A stretch of DNA of 64,000 nucleotides from NCBI GenBank assembly GCA_001662655.1, contig KV460211.1. The stretch is one strand, 5' to 3'. Under the pieces are notes generated by a model. It searched no databases. It was not told the DNA's origin and saw only the letters and a list, made by a program, of their open reading frames with translations. The position numbers and the translations under genes are program-made. Source of the DNA: Pseudogymnoascus verrucosus (lineage: Eukaryota). Shown here one piece after another: positions 24,056 through 37,113 of the stretch. Every line of letters starts with the position of its first letter. Position 1 is the first letter of the stretch.

Positions 24056-27000
24056 ATGGCGCACATTCTGCGCCAGCTGAGCTCCAGCCCGATGTCTGTG
24101 ATGCTCATTACAGCGATCATCTACCTCTCAATCGCGATACCCCTCCTCGTCATCCACGAAGTCGTCCCCCCCGCGCCATCAGACGACGCACTACCCAGCG
24201 GCCTCAACATCAGCGAGGCGTGGCTGGACCTGGCGGAGTTGACGAAGGCGTATCATCCGTATGCGAGTCGAAGGAATGATGAGGTGCACGATTGGTTGTT
24301 GAGGAGGGTGGAGGGGATATTGGGGAGTAACGGGGTGAGCTGGTCTAGTGAGAATGGGCATATTCCGATTTCGCCGCAGGATATTGGACAGGTTGATGGA
24401 GGGGAACAGGAGGCTGGCAAGGTCGGAGAGGCGCCGTTTCCTGGGTTTATTGGGGTTGAGACGAATGGGGAGATAAAGGAGGAGGATGAGCTTAGGAAGC
24501 GAGATGCCTCGCCCCTGGTTACGATCTTCAATGACTTGCAGTCTAATGTCACATGCTCTGGACTTGGAGCAATTGGGGCAGATGGCAAAGGCCGACTGCC
24601 AGGACAGACTGTCTACTTTGAAGGTACAAACATCATTGTCTACATTCGCGGCACAGAAGATGAAGAAGGCGAATGGTGGAAGTCAAGCTTACACGTGAGG
24701 AACACCCACGGCCAGGGAGGCATCCTCATCAACGCCCATTACGACAGTGTCTCGACTGGTTTCGGCGCAACTGATGATGGTGTCGGAGTTGTTACTGTTC
24801 TCCAGCTGATCCGCTACTTTACCTCGACTGGAAGACAACCAAAGAAGGGGATTGTGGCGCTCCTCAACAATGGCGAGGAGGATTTCCTCAATGGCGCTAG
24901 AGCGTATACCCAGCACCCGATGTCTCTCTTCACTCACACGTTTTTGAATCTCGAGGGCGCCGGTGCTGGTGGTCGTGCGGTTCTGTTCCGTAGCACGGAT
25001 ACTGAGGTTACAAGGGCGTATGCTAAGAGCTCGCATCCGTTTGGGAGTGTTGTTGGCGGCGATGGGTTTAAGCAAGGGATGATCCGCAGTCAAACTGATT
25101 ATGTTGTTTTCGAAGATATCCTAGGTCTCCGAGGACTTGATGTGTCGTTCTGGACTCCACGCGCTCGTTACCACACAAACCAGGATAATGCCAGGCATAC
25201 CAGCCGCGACAGCATTTGGCACATGTTGTCAACTTCTGTTAGCACTGTCGAGGCGTTGTCGTCTGATACTAGTGGCACTTTCAACGGCCCCCGAGGTGAC
25301 AATGCTTGGGGTAAAGTCAAGAATGGGAAGGGTAGTGATGGAGTCTGGTTCGACTTATTCGGCAAGGGATTTGCGGTTTTTGGTCTACGCACTTTGTTCG
25401 CTTGGTCACTGACTTTCCTCATTGCCTGCCCATTGGCTATCATGCTGATTATTTACCTTCTTATTAAAGAGGATAAGTTTTACTTGTTTTCGTCCTCGGT
25501 CCCGTCTCGGGGTGGAAGCGGTGAGGCAGATGTTCCTCTCAATGGCTGGAGGGGTGCCTTCCGTTGGCCACTGACTTTTATCCCAGCGACGGCGCTGACT
25601 GTTGGGTCTGGGATGCTCATTGTGAAGGTTAATCCGTTGATTATCTACAGCAGCCAATACTCAGTGTGAGTACCATTTGCCATTTGAAACAATAAATAGA
25701 CACTGACTTTACCAGATGGACCATGGCTCTAACACTCAACTTCTGCGTCTTCTGGTTCATAATGCGCGGCGCCGATTTCGTCCGCCCATCCGCCTTACAC
25801 CGCACATACGCCTACTTCTGGATGTTCATCCTCGGTTGGATCATCCTCGTCGCCGTAACAGTCCTAGAAGACCGCTTCAAAATCGCCTCGGGGTACTACT
25901 TCGTATTCTACGAAATCGCAATCTTCTTCGCCCTCGCAATCAGTCTCCTCGAATTATTCGCTCTACCCACAAAAACACAGTTCGCAGCGAACGTGCACGC
26001 TCAAGATGAGGCTGTGGAGAGCATCAGCGCGTTACCGGACTTTGATGCCCTTATTGCGCCCACAGGGGATGAGAACGCAGGACCGGAATCTGCCGAAGCA
26101 CCAGCTGATGAAGCCGAGGAGCAGGAGCCAACTGAATCAACACCCCTCTTCGGCGGCGACGGCACAAGGAGATCCCGCACCACCACATTCGCCAACTACG
26201 CCCGCCGCTCATTCCGTCGTGTCAGAGCCCACGACGGGTCTAGCGATAGTATCACTGGAGAGGTAAGCCCCCTCTTTCTCCTTCCCCTTCCCAAAAAAAC
26301 TCCCCTGGCGAAATATACTAACACCCCCCAGTCCGAACCCTACGGGCACGAACAATCCTGGTCCGGCAAACTCCCCCGTTGGACATGGACCATCCAACTC
26401 CTCCTCCTCGCCCCCCTCACCCTCATCCTCCTCGGCCAAATCGGTCTCCTCGTCGTCACCGCCACTGGCCAAACCGGCCCCGACGGCTCCGCGCTCCTAG
26501 TTCCCTACATTCTTCTCACCACCTTCTCCACACTCGTCCTCCTCCCTCTCACCCCTACCTTACACCGATTCACGCACCACCTCCCCACCTTCCTCTTCCT
26601 CCTCTTCACAGGGACGTTAATCTATAATTTAACTGCTTTCCCCTTCTCCTCAGAGAACAGGTATAAAGCCTACTTCCAACAAACCATCGACCTCGACACC
26701 GGCACCAACCTCGTCACCATCTCCGGCCTCGAAACTTTCGTTAGGAAACTCATTACTGACATCCCATCCGCGTCGGGGCAGCACATAGAATGCACCACTC
26801 GCCCCCTCCGCGCCGGCGTAAAATTCTGCTCATACACCGGTATTCCCCCCAAGGTTGTCCCGGGGGTGGAGGGCGTGCCGCCGGAGAAATCGTATAAAGA
26901 CTGGCTGTCTTACACCGCGACTCGGGAGCGCGGGACTAATCGGGCGACTTTCCGAGTCTCGGGAGCTAACACACGAGCGTGCGCTATTCGCTTTGCGCGC

Positions 27001-27324
27001 CCTGTTAAAGCTGTCAAGGTCACGGGGGCGGGGACGGATGCGAGGTTCGATGCGGTGCCGCAGGAGGTGGGGAGCGGGGAGGTGAAGTTGTGGAAGAGGG
27101 AGTGGGAGGGGGAATGGGAGGTTGAGGTTGAGTGGGGGGCTAGTGAGGGGAGGAGGGTGGGGGAGGAGGGGATGGAGGGTAGGGTTGTGTGTTTGTGGGC
27201 GGATTTTAATACGCCGGGGGTTATACCGGCGCTGGATGAGGTGGTGGCGTTTGTGCCGGGGTGGGTGGGGGTTAGTAAGATGAGTGATGGGTTGGTGGAG
27301 GGGAGTAAGGCGTTTAATGTTTAG
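24056..27324 (+). CDS. PFF1: Vacuolar membrane M28 metalloprotease (Pff1-like)
   Basis: NAHYDSVSTGFGATDDG, NNGEEDFL, NLEGAGAGG, YHT zinc-binding motifs followed by multiple TM helices; introns 25666-25715 and probably 26263-26331. Confidence 0.88.
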
Positions 27325-27559
27325 GTGGTGAGGGGGGGTGTTTGAGTGAGTAGATACTGAGATTTCAGTGGGAATTCCGAGATGAAATGTGTGTCTGTGG
27401 TAATAATTTATTATTGTTTTTGATACGTCTCTTACCATACCCGATTTATGCTATCCCCCCATTATTAACCTGCAAATGCAATATCCCACCCCAATTACTA
27501 TATACACATCCCCCTCCATTAAACCCCCTTCCACCAGACACACGTCATAGCTCAGCTCC

Positions 27560-29132
27560 CTAGTAAATGCCCGGAATAATCCTCCACGGCACAATCTTCT
27601 TATACTCCTCCCAATCCTTCCCATACTTCCTCATACACTTGGTCTCATCGCGTCTCTCACGGTGAATGAGCAGAATCGCGAAGTAAATCACGTAAAAATA
27701 CGAAATCGCCATTCCCCACCCCCTCGCACCCCCCTGCACAACCCTATCCTCCCCACGCGAGAATCCCGTCTCGCCATCCAACAGCGCCGGGCCTTGCTGC
27801 ACAAGGTACCCCGCTACACCTGTCGGCAGACAGAATGCCCAGGACATGATCCAGTCGCCAAGGTAGTTGATGTGGCGCGCCGTTCCCCACCATCCGGAGA
27901 TGATGAGTTTAGAGCCCGACGCCGTCTCCATGTACTTGAGATGCGCGATGCGCGGGTCGGATGGGTCGGTGCGGAAGCGGTTCTTCTGGTTGTTCGCGCT
28001 GCGGAAGATGTAGTACCCCAGACTCAGGATGGCGAGGACGCCGGCGTTGCCGGAGAGGCCGAGGGTGAGGGGGTAGACGGCGAGATAGCGCGCTTGCAGA
28101 CTGTAGATGAAGGGAACCCAAGCGAGGTCGCCGAAGGAGAGCATGAATCCGAAGCCGTCGGTGGTGATGTCCATGGTGGTCAGCATGGAGGGTTCCATGT
28201 AGAAGGAGTCGAAGACGTAGAGGGCCTGGAAGAGGGTGATGAGGATGATGGAGTCGGTGACGTAGCCGTAGGTCTTGTACTGGTGCGCGATGAAGGCGAC
28301 GTCGAGGACGATCCAGCCGAAGAGTCCGGGGCGCAGCTCGCAGAAGACTTTGATGTCGATCTCGCCGAAGATGGGGAGGGTGACGCGGGGGTTGAGTTCC
28401 CGACCGATGAACCAGTCATATAGCATGTTGCCGGAGTGGCCGCCGGCGGCGAGCTCGCGCATGTCTTTGTTGCCGGGCTTGACGCTGAAGCTGCGGATGT
28501 AGACGAAGGTTGCGAGGGTGAAGGCGATGAGCATGTTGGCGGTGACGATTTGGGTGTAGTTGTCCCAGATGTAGGTCCAAACTGGGAAGTCGGCGCCTTG
28601 CGCGATGGTACCGGCGAGGAGGAGGACAACGGTGAATATGGAGGAGGAGAGAGCTGGAGTGGGTTAGCAATGGATAGCTATAAGGTGTATGTCAGGAGAA
28701 TACTCACTGTTGAACTTATACTTCAAGCGCCCCCCAATAGCGAGTTCAGTTCCCTCGACGATTTGTCCCGGAAGGAACCTGTGCAACACCAAGCTCAGGA
28801 AATAGTATCCCAACACCCAGCCAGTAGCCTCCAAGCTTACAATGCCATTCCATCCTGGCCATCCAGTCTCGGTCTTGATCTTGTCCCAGGTCAAAGTCTT
28901 GGGGTCCAGCACCGAGGGGATCGGGCATCCGTAAATGTCGTTGCAGACGAAATTCGTGATGTAGACGACGATCGGGAGGAGGAACGAGATGGCGAATGCA
29001 CCGGGCCTATTCCAAATCAGTATGCGACGCAGATTGAATCGGATAATAGTCATCTACTTACGGTCCAGCGAACTCATATCCATGTTTCTCTTGCGCCTTC
29101 ACGACGGGGGCTTTAGATTTCGAACCGGCCAT
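27560..29132 (-). CDS. ERG24: C-14 (delta14) sterol reductase, 3 exons
   Basis: MAGSKSK..GYEFAGP|..GTELAIGGRLKYKFN|..YDWFIGRELNPR, FCELRPGL, SGWWGTARHINYLGDW, KYGKDW..VPWRIIPGIY*. Confidence 0.92.
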
Positions 29133-29447
29133 TGTTGCAGTTGACAAGGGGCTCGCTGTTCTTCCTCTCTCGTTTGCAGATTGTTGTCAACCCAGGATAT
29201 ATGCGCCCTCCTTATATAAACATAAGTAAAAAGAGGTGAAAAAGGGTATCGATCGAAAAGAAGGTTTGAGATAGCTTCGCCCCCGGATACAAGTGTTTCC
29301 GCTCGTGTTCGGATTCAATCAGTCTCAATTGGATCGATCGAGTTTAGGGGTGTAGAAGCGGCGGAAGCGGCATTCGCGTGGGGGGGATTGGCGTCATGGT
29401 CCGTGCAATCTCTTGGTTGCTCTTTCACTCACTCCTTTGGCCAAATC

Positions 29448-29459
29448 AATCACGTGATT
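29448..29459. promoter_or_regulatory. Palindromic E-box AATCACGTGATT upstream of ERG24 (candidate bHLH/SREBP site)
   Basis: Perfect 12-bp palindrome about 320 bp upstream of the ERG24 ATG, in a divergent promoter. Confidence 0.45.
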
Positions 29460-29757
29460 AAATTACGAGTACGACAAGGCTTGTGTACCTGGTGCTAAAC
29501 CAGATCAGGAATCCGGGGGGATACGTATTAGAGTGGTAAACAACGTAGACCCTATGGGAATCTATTAACTGCTCTCCGAACGAAGCCGTCGCATCGTCGT
29601 ATATTCGTCATCACTCAGCGACTGCATGTCCATCAACTTAACTGAGTCTATTTCACGAAACCAATTCTATCATACGAACGACCTCTCTTTCCCTTTGCGC
29701 CAAGGCGCTTTACCAGAGACCTGTCTGTCCCGCGCCAAACGTCAAACGAACGCCACC

Positions 29758-30957
29758 ATGTATCCTCCCTCTCTCACCAGCATCTTGCTTGCCGCGCTGG
29801 CGCTGCTCGCACCTCTGACAGCCGCAGCCTCCGACGAGAAGAAGCCCGATGTAATCCCCTGCACCGCGAAGTCGCCCAGCACGAACGGGTTCTACGATCT
29901 GCGGCCCCTGGCGGTTAAGGTGCACGACCCGAAGAAGAAGCTGGGGAAGGAGAAGACGGATAGTTGGCAGAGCAGGGGACACGATTATAAGGGGAACTTC
30001 TCGATCAATGTATGTGCGCCTGTCGTGGAGGAGATTGAGGATGTGGTGGGGGTGGAGGAGGCGAGGTGGGGGAATGTTAGTGCGTTTTATAAGGCGGATG
30101 GGAAGGTGTTCTCTATAGGGTATGTTTGGAGTTGGGAGATGGGGATGGGAGGGGTGTGCTAATGATGGTGCAGAGAACAATCTTCTGGTATCATGTTTAG
30201 GGGACGCAAGTTGGTGCTCCAATACACCGGTGGCTCTCCCTGCGGATCCACCGTGGAATCTCGATCCTCGGAGGATCTCGACGAGCTCGACGAAGACGGA
30301 TACCCCGCGCGAACACTCAACGGCAAAGTAGTCGGCTCCTCCGATGACGACGACGAAGACGAAGACAAGCCCAAGAAACCCAAAAAGCCCGTCCCCACCA
30401 AACGCCACAAATCCACCCTCATCTCCTTTCACTGCGAAAAAGACCCCCTCAAATCCAGCGCCGTCGCCTCCTTCATCGGCACCGACCCGGACGAATGCGC
30501 CTACTTCTTCGAGATGCGCTCCGAGGCCGCGTGTCCCGGTCTCGGGCCCGTGCAAGCCGGCCTGGGTCCCGCGGGGGTGTTTGGGATCATTGCGATCATT
30601 GCGGTGCTGGTGTACTTCATTGGGGGCGTGATGTATAATCGCAGCGTGGAGCACTCGAGGGGGTGGAGGCAGTTGCCGAATTATGCGATGTGGGCGGGGA
30701 TTGGGGGGTTCTTTATGGTTCGTCCGAGCTATTCCGGGGGGGAAGGGGAGGGTGTAAGGGAGATGTAACGCTGACTGTGGGTGTGAAAATAGGATTTCTT
30801 TACGATTTTTACGAGCAGTTGCGCGAGGTGTTTGCCGGGGAGGAGGGGCTATAATTCCTTACCTGGATCGGGGAATGGGAGTGTGGCGCGCGGAATGGCG
30901 AGGCCGGATGATGAGAATAGACTCATTGACCAGCTGGATGAGGAGTGGGATGACTAG
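29758..30957 (+). CDS. Mannose-6-phosphate-receptor-like vacuolar sorting receptor (Mrl1-like), 3 exons
   Basis: Signal peptide, FYDLRPL, NVCAPV, RGRKLVLQYTGGSPC, ECAYFFEMRSEAAC, TM segment, RGWRQLPN, acidic tail DENRLIDQLDEEWDD*. Confidence 0.85.
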
Positions 30958-32247
30958 ATGAGGGGGCGGGGGAACATGTGTACAGTATGCACAGTACAGT
31001 ACGATCCGCGGCCCGGTTGAAGCCGCGGTGACGGATATGTTTTGATATGTTCTGAATATCTTGGCGTTAGATGGTGGAGGGGCGGGATGTGAGGGGGTGT
31101 ATACGAGGTGTCTTGTTCTGTGGTGTGGCACGCACGGCACATCGTTTTTATCTATTTCCTCATCATGGATCTTTCTCGTGTGGGGGATGTATATATCAGG
31201 ACCTTTCTTTTCGAGCGGTTTAACCCCTTCTTCTAGGAGTCGAGTCGAGTCAGTATCTCCTGACACCAGCTTACGTGCCAATGGCCGAGCAGCGTGTTTC
31301 TAGTACTCCAGCATGTTATGTTATGTTATGTTTAGAATTTTAGAATATCACAACCACGGCCCGGCAGTGCTGGGATCCGTCCATTCGTCCATTCAATCGT
31401 TAGTTTGTCCCGAAACAGCTGCAGATATAGAATCCAAACCAGTGCCATCATACATACCAATGCCGCACACTGATAGGCGATGGCGACTGAACGCGTCCAG
31501 ACCACTCTCTTTCCAACCCCACCACCACCGACCAGGAAGGGGGAGGGGCATGAGGGACATGGACAAGCAAGATTTGCGGGGAAGTGAGTGGACAGGATTT
31601 TTTTTGGGTACTTGCAATGGTCTGGCGATGATGAGCTTATCTTGCGGGGTTGGTGCCTCGAAGCGGGAGGGGGGAGGACGGAGGGAGGCTCTCGAAGGGG
31701 GTTGGTGGTTGCGGCTGTTCATGTGAAAGGCGAGGTCGTGGAGGGAGGGAGGGGATGTGGTGTAGTGCGTGGGTTTTGTGTGTGGTAACTTGGTGGGATT
31801 GACTTGAAGTAGTGGGATTAACTTGGGGTAGTTTGAGGATACTAACTGTGTTGGTTACATCGCCACCAATATTTGGGCGATAAGGTGTTATGTTTATGGT
31901 GGGGGAAGTGTTCACGGCCGGACTGGACTGACTGTCGTCATCGTTTATTGTCGCCGTCGATGGGCCCGTCGATAGTCGGTTTGGTAGTACCTTGAATTTG
32001 ATCGGTGTACCCGGCAACAAAGATGGTTGTACTCGGGGCGTACTATGTTGGCTTTTCTGTTGTTCTCTGCTGTGTGAGATTGTACTCTTCTGTACTCGGT
32101 CTTTTGAGGCCTGAGAAGAGATCACGGGGAGGACACAGAGGACACAGAGGATACAGAGGCAGAGGGAGGAGTCATTCAGTGTCGTCGACAGCCACCCTTA
32201 CCGCCGCAATAGGGTGTGCCCTACAATTGTGCATACAGCCAGCCACC

Positions 32248-32306
32248 CAGTCAGTCGGTCAGTCGGTCAGTCGGTCGGTCAGTCGGTCAGTCAGTCAGTC
32301 AGTCAG
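32248..32306. repeat. (CAGT/CGGT)n tetranucleotide microsatellite
   Basis: cagtcagtcggtcagtcggtcagtcggtcggtcagtcggtcagtcagtcagtcagtcag. Confidence 0.9.
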
Positions 32307-33479
32307 AACTAAAAGCTGCATATATCAAATCTTAAACTTTCATTGCCACGTCGTCTTTCTCTCTCCCTGCAATATCACACATATCACACTCACTGCCTTT
32401 CACCGCGTTCGTTGGCAGATATTTCTCATTTCCGCCTAAACAATCCATACAGATAGTGTAAAAGTAAGACATGGCTGCATACAAAACATGCACACATTGC
32501 ATGGCTGCATACACACATACATTTTGAAGACAGTATACAGTATACAGTATACCTCATAAGGCCGCATATTTTGGTTATTTGCCCTCGACTTTACTATACC
32601 ATTTCTACCCAATACTGCGAATAACAGTACATATCAGCTACTTCGTATCCCTGACTACTATTTTCATTAGACACATACTAGAAATCGACGTGGCGCGCTC
32701 CCGATCCGTCTCTATGTGAAAACCAGTTACTACCTGCCAGGTTCCTGGTGGCCGTCTCCGGACATCAACCAACCACCGCTCGCCGACGACTGCTGACAGG
32801 GCAACACATCCGCGTTCGGGAGAGACAACTCGCTGCCAACAGCTGAAACCCACAGCTACAACAATTCCTGTATACTACACACTCTACACACCCAACACGC
32901 ACGCTTTGTAGGGGTAAGGTAAGTACTCTCTCTCAAATCTACCCCAATGACGAACCGCCTTTTCCTCTATTTTTCACGAGGATCTTCAATATGCACCCTA
33001 TCTGTGCTGGCATCTCTGGTCAATCCCTGGGGAAATTACACCGGGATACCCACATATAGACACCAGAGATAGCACTTAAGGTTGGTGATAGCTTCACAGG
33101 CCCAAAAAAAACCTATGATGTAAGCTCCCTCTGTGTGTGACAACATGAGAGAAGCAGAGCAAGCAAAGCAACACTTAGTCTCCTCATGCACAATTGCTCT
33201 TTCTATATTATTCAATCTTTTTGAAGAGAACAACAGCAACAGACTCCTTCCTCCATCCTTCGTTTCCTGTTACTTACCTTACCCGGCTTTCCTTTCAAAG
33301 TCAATCGTTCAATCATTCAATCAATCTTTTCGTTTTTGCTCCTGCATATCGCATAGCCCGGCCCTGTGCTTTGATTCGCATCCTGTAAGACATATCAATC
33401 GCTCGCGGCCATCAGGGTGTGCTACACCGCAGCCATCCACCGCCCGCATTCATTCCAACCTCCCCCCTCCCCCTCCCCC

Positions 33480-36380
33480 ATGACACTACCCCTCCCCCGG
33501 AAGGTCGGGGTTCCTCTCGCAGAAGCACCCCTAATTACGTCGCCGCCTGGTGGTGATGGTGGTGTTAGTGGTCATGAGTCGACGGGGAGGACAAAACCTC
33601 AGCTCGCCTTGGGTAGCCCCGTCTCTTCTCACACGCAGTTATATTCGGCTTCAAGCCCACGCTCTGCAAACCGTCCCGGCCTCCTTCCTATTTACAGCCG
33701 CTTCACGAGTAGGCCTTCTCGCTGGAAATCAAGACGCGCAGCTATGAGAGTGAGGATTTCTGGGCCGGGCCCGAAGGGGAACATGGAGAGGCTTGAGGCT
33801 ACTGTTAAAGAGGTCACCAACTGGGATGGATTAAGCATGGTTCGTATACACTGCATTTTTTTTTCCTCTGTTGCAATTGAGCGTGGAATGGAAACGAGAC
33901 GGAGACACGGCGGTCGATAAGCTTAATTTTTTCTAACATAACACAGGATCCCGAGATGTGGTACCCGGACGGAAACTGCCTCGTCCATCTGTATGCCCGT
34001 GACTCCACGGCGTCGTCGATGTGGGGTCCGGCATTCCTCATCCCCCTCGAGTTTCTAGTCGGCTTGGACTGCATTCCTTTGCTGGAACGCTTTTTGGCTG
34101 GCAGCACGGGCTCCTACCTTCCCTCTTCGAACAGGCAGTTTGTCAAGGGCCGCTCGAGCAAGGAATATACATCGGGAAGATATGATTTATACATTCCGCC
34201 ACCGCCGACGGCGGAGGGAGAACAGAAATTGCTGTGCCGTACTGCTACACGGAACTTCTTCGCGTGGATATGCGGGAAGCCTCTCGTGGGAGAGAGTCTG
34301 GGGCAGGCATTGGTGGGGCTGCTCAATAGCATGAGAGAGTACCGAGGACTGAACGTGGATAATGTGGAGGATATCCTCGACTATATGGAGGAGGGAGGAT
34401 ACGCAGACTTCGGCGGCAGCCCAGTCCATACCCTCGCCACCCTCCATTTCGCAGAGCACTTCCAATTCGAGAATCTCTACATCGACGCCTTCGCCCACGC
34501 GGTGGGGATGCACAACGAGATCATCCAAAGCCCAGAATACAAGGTTTGTAGCACGCCCAACCCGCGATACTCAAACGGCGACAGTCAAAGTAGCACATAC
34601 TAACACCATCCAGTCCATCTCCGACACCACCCGCTCCATCCTCACCCACGCCCACGCCGAGCTCCACTCCCGCCTCTCACGCACCAGCCTCTCCCTCTCC
34701 ACCTTCCTCGCCGACGAGCTCTCCCCCACCCACCTCGGCCTCACCGCCGCCTCCCGCACCCATCTTGACCGCTTCCGCGATTTCCTCACCACCTACTGGA
34801 TCTCCGCCCTGGGCTCCTACCCACCGGCCCCCCACAGCAGTCCCAGTTTCTCCAACCAGGTCCTCCTGAGAATGCGCACCGAGTTCAAAGATCTCTACGC
34901 CTACCTCGTCGACGAGTCCTTCACAGCCACGGACTGCAGTCCCGCCGCCGCCCAGGGCGGGGTGTGCGTCCTGCAGTCCGTACAAGCATTCGACACCCGC
35001 CTCGGTTACGAAAGTTTCCTGCACCCCCTTCCCCTCCTCCCCACCTCCTCTTCCGCCTCCCCCCTCACCAGCCGCACGCACTCCCTGCGCTCCCCGAACC
35101 TGGCGCGCACATTCAGCTGGAGCCGTCCTGCGTCGCCGAAGACGGATTCGCGGCTGCTTGCGCTCTCGATTGTGGCGAAGGCGAGTAATCACCATAAACC
35201 TGCGCTGTTGGAGGCGCCGCTGGTGAAGGCGTTTAGGGAGTTCGAGATAGAGTGTATTCTTTCTACTAAGGAGGATAAACGAACCCGTGTGCCGGCGGCG
35301 GCTGCCAGAAAAGTCCGCTGGATTCTTATATACGCCACACTCCAGACCTTGCGCTCAGCTACGGATATCCTCCCCGCTGTCCGCACACCCCTCACAGTCC
35401 CCTACCATCTCAGCGCCACGCTCCCCCGCCTCCCCTGGGCTAGCTCACCGCGCGCGTCTCTCACGCCATCAAGCACACAAACCCTGCACCTCTCTCTCTC
35501 ATCCTCCTCTATCCCCTCTTCCCCCACAACTCCGCATACCCCCAGCTCTCCAATCGAGCCAGACATCGACTACACCCTCCTCACGCGCCCCGCCTCCTCC
35601 TCCCCCCCCTCCCCGCGCCCGCGCCCGCGCCGCGCCTCTCTCCCCACTCTCGCGCGCTCGCTCAGTTCGGCAGCCAGTTTAGGGAGGGCGATAAGTGTTA
35701 TCGGCCGCAACCCGCGCCGTAGCTCCGCGCCTACACCGAGTCGTACCCCTTCAACGAGCATGGAAAATAGTTTCACCAGCGCCGCAGAGGAAGATGAGGA
35801 TGAAGACGAAGATGATGGGGGGATGGAGATGGGATGCTGGAAGAAGCAGGTTGAATTGAACCAAATCACCCCTTCTCCTTCTTCCCCATCTTCCCCATCT
35901 TCTCCTTCTTCGCACTTCCACTCTCACACCCGCTCCCACTCCACCCCCTCCACCTCCTCGTCGTCGTCGTCGTCCGAGAACCCGACCACGCCTCCCTCAC
36001 CGCTGTCGAGGTCGCATTCCGGATACGATTTCTCGGATACCACGCCACCCTCGCCACTCTCGCAATCACACACACCATACGATTTCTCGGATTACAAAAT
36101 CACCTCCCCCTCCAACCCCAGCTCAGCGACAAGGCCAGAAAGGGAGAGGAGGTGGAGCGGAAGCACAGCGCATGAGCAGGAGCAGGAGGATGTTGCACCC
36201 GAGTGCATCTCTGGTGGGGAGGTGGTGAGGAGACAGGGTGAGGGGAGGATGAGGGGGCTTGGGCTTGGTGTTGGAGCGCTAGGTGCGCTACTGGATGGGG
36301 TGGTGGAGGAGAGGGTGTTTTTTGAGCTTGAGGATTTTCCTGGGAACGGTGGTGGGAGTAGGGTTGCTGTTGCGATGTGA
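33480..36380 (+). CDS. Fungal hypothetical protein with Ser/Pro-rich disordered tail, 3 exons
   Basis: Introns about 33840-33946 and 34544-34613 join NWDGLSM|DPEMWYPDGNCLVHLY..GPAFLIP..YDLYIPPP..TRNFFAW..DAFAHAVGM|..ARKVRWILIYATLQTL. Confidence 0.78.
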
Positions 36381-36677
36381 GGAAAACTAAATGGTGCCGG
36401 CATCGTTGGTTGGGGGTGTGTGTATGAAAAGTCTGGGCGTGAGGGGAGTTAAGGGAGGGGAGTTGAGGAAGAGGAGTTTGGAAAGGGGGGAGTCTGGGAA
36501 ATGAATCGGATGGGATGGGATGGGAGGAAAGAGACCACTGTATGCTCATAATATCACATAAGTTCATGTATCTACAACGCTGTATCTACACGCACACAAA
36601 AATTGAGCTCGACGAGTTATATTTATCACATTGTGTCTTGTCTTTTGATGTACCAGTGTCTTTTGTATTGTTTAGGC

Positions 36678-36765
36678 TCTGTCTATCTGTCTGTCTGTCT
36701 TGTCTGTCTGTTCATTTTGTCTGTATGTCTGTATCTCTGCCTCTGTCTGTTATCTGTTTTGTCTA
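36678..36765. repeat. Degenerate (TCTG)n microsatellite
   Basis: tctgtctatctgtctgtctgtcttgtctgtctg... between convergent genes. Confidence 0.75.
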
Positions 36766-37113
36766 TAACCCGCGCACGCCTCGCGCTATATGCCGTCTGT
36801 GATGCTAAGCCACGCCATGCAAGACCTCTATCTGTAACCCCCTCCCCAGTCCCTGAGCCATAAAATCCCAGGCCACCAGGTCTCTCGAGAGGTAGATAGA
36901 AGACGAAAAAAGGATAGAAAAGAAATACAAAAAATAAAAGTAAAAGCAAAAAACTCCCGCTAACCTGATCACCCATATAACACTAAATCACCCCTTAAAC
37001 GCCTCTTGCTCCCCCACCACCACCAAAAAAAGACACACCTATCCCCCATTCTCCAACTCCCAAAAGCACCAACAACTCCGTACAGAAACCACAAAACTCA
37101 ACAAAAACAAGAC

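Noticed and set aside
26263..26331. In-frame 69-bp segment read through in the Pff1 ORF
   Set aside because: Has GTAAGC, CTAAC and CAG signals; most simply an ordinary intron whose length is a multiple of three
31637..32125. 162-aa minus-strand ORF in a long intergenic region
   Set aside because: No ATG start in the listed frame, low-complexity S/T/P content, no recognisable domain
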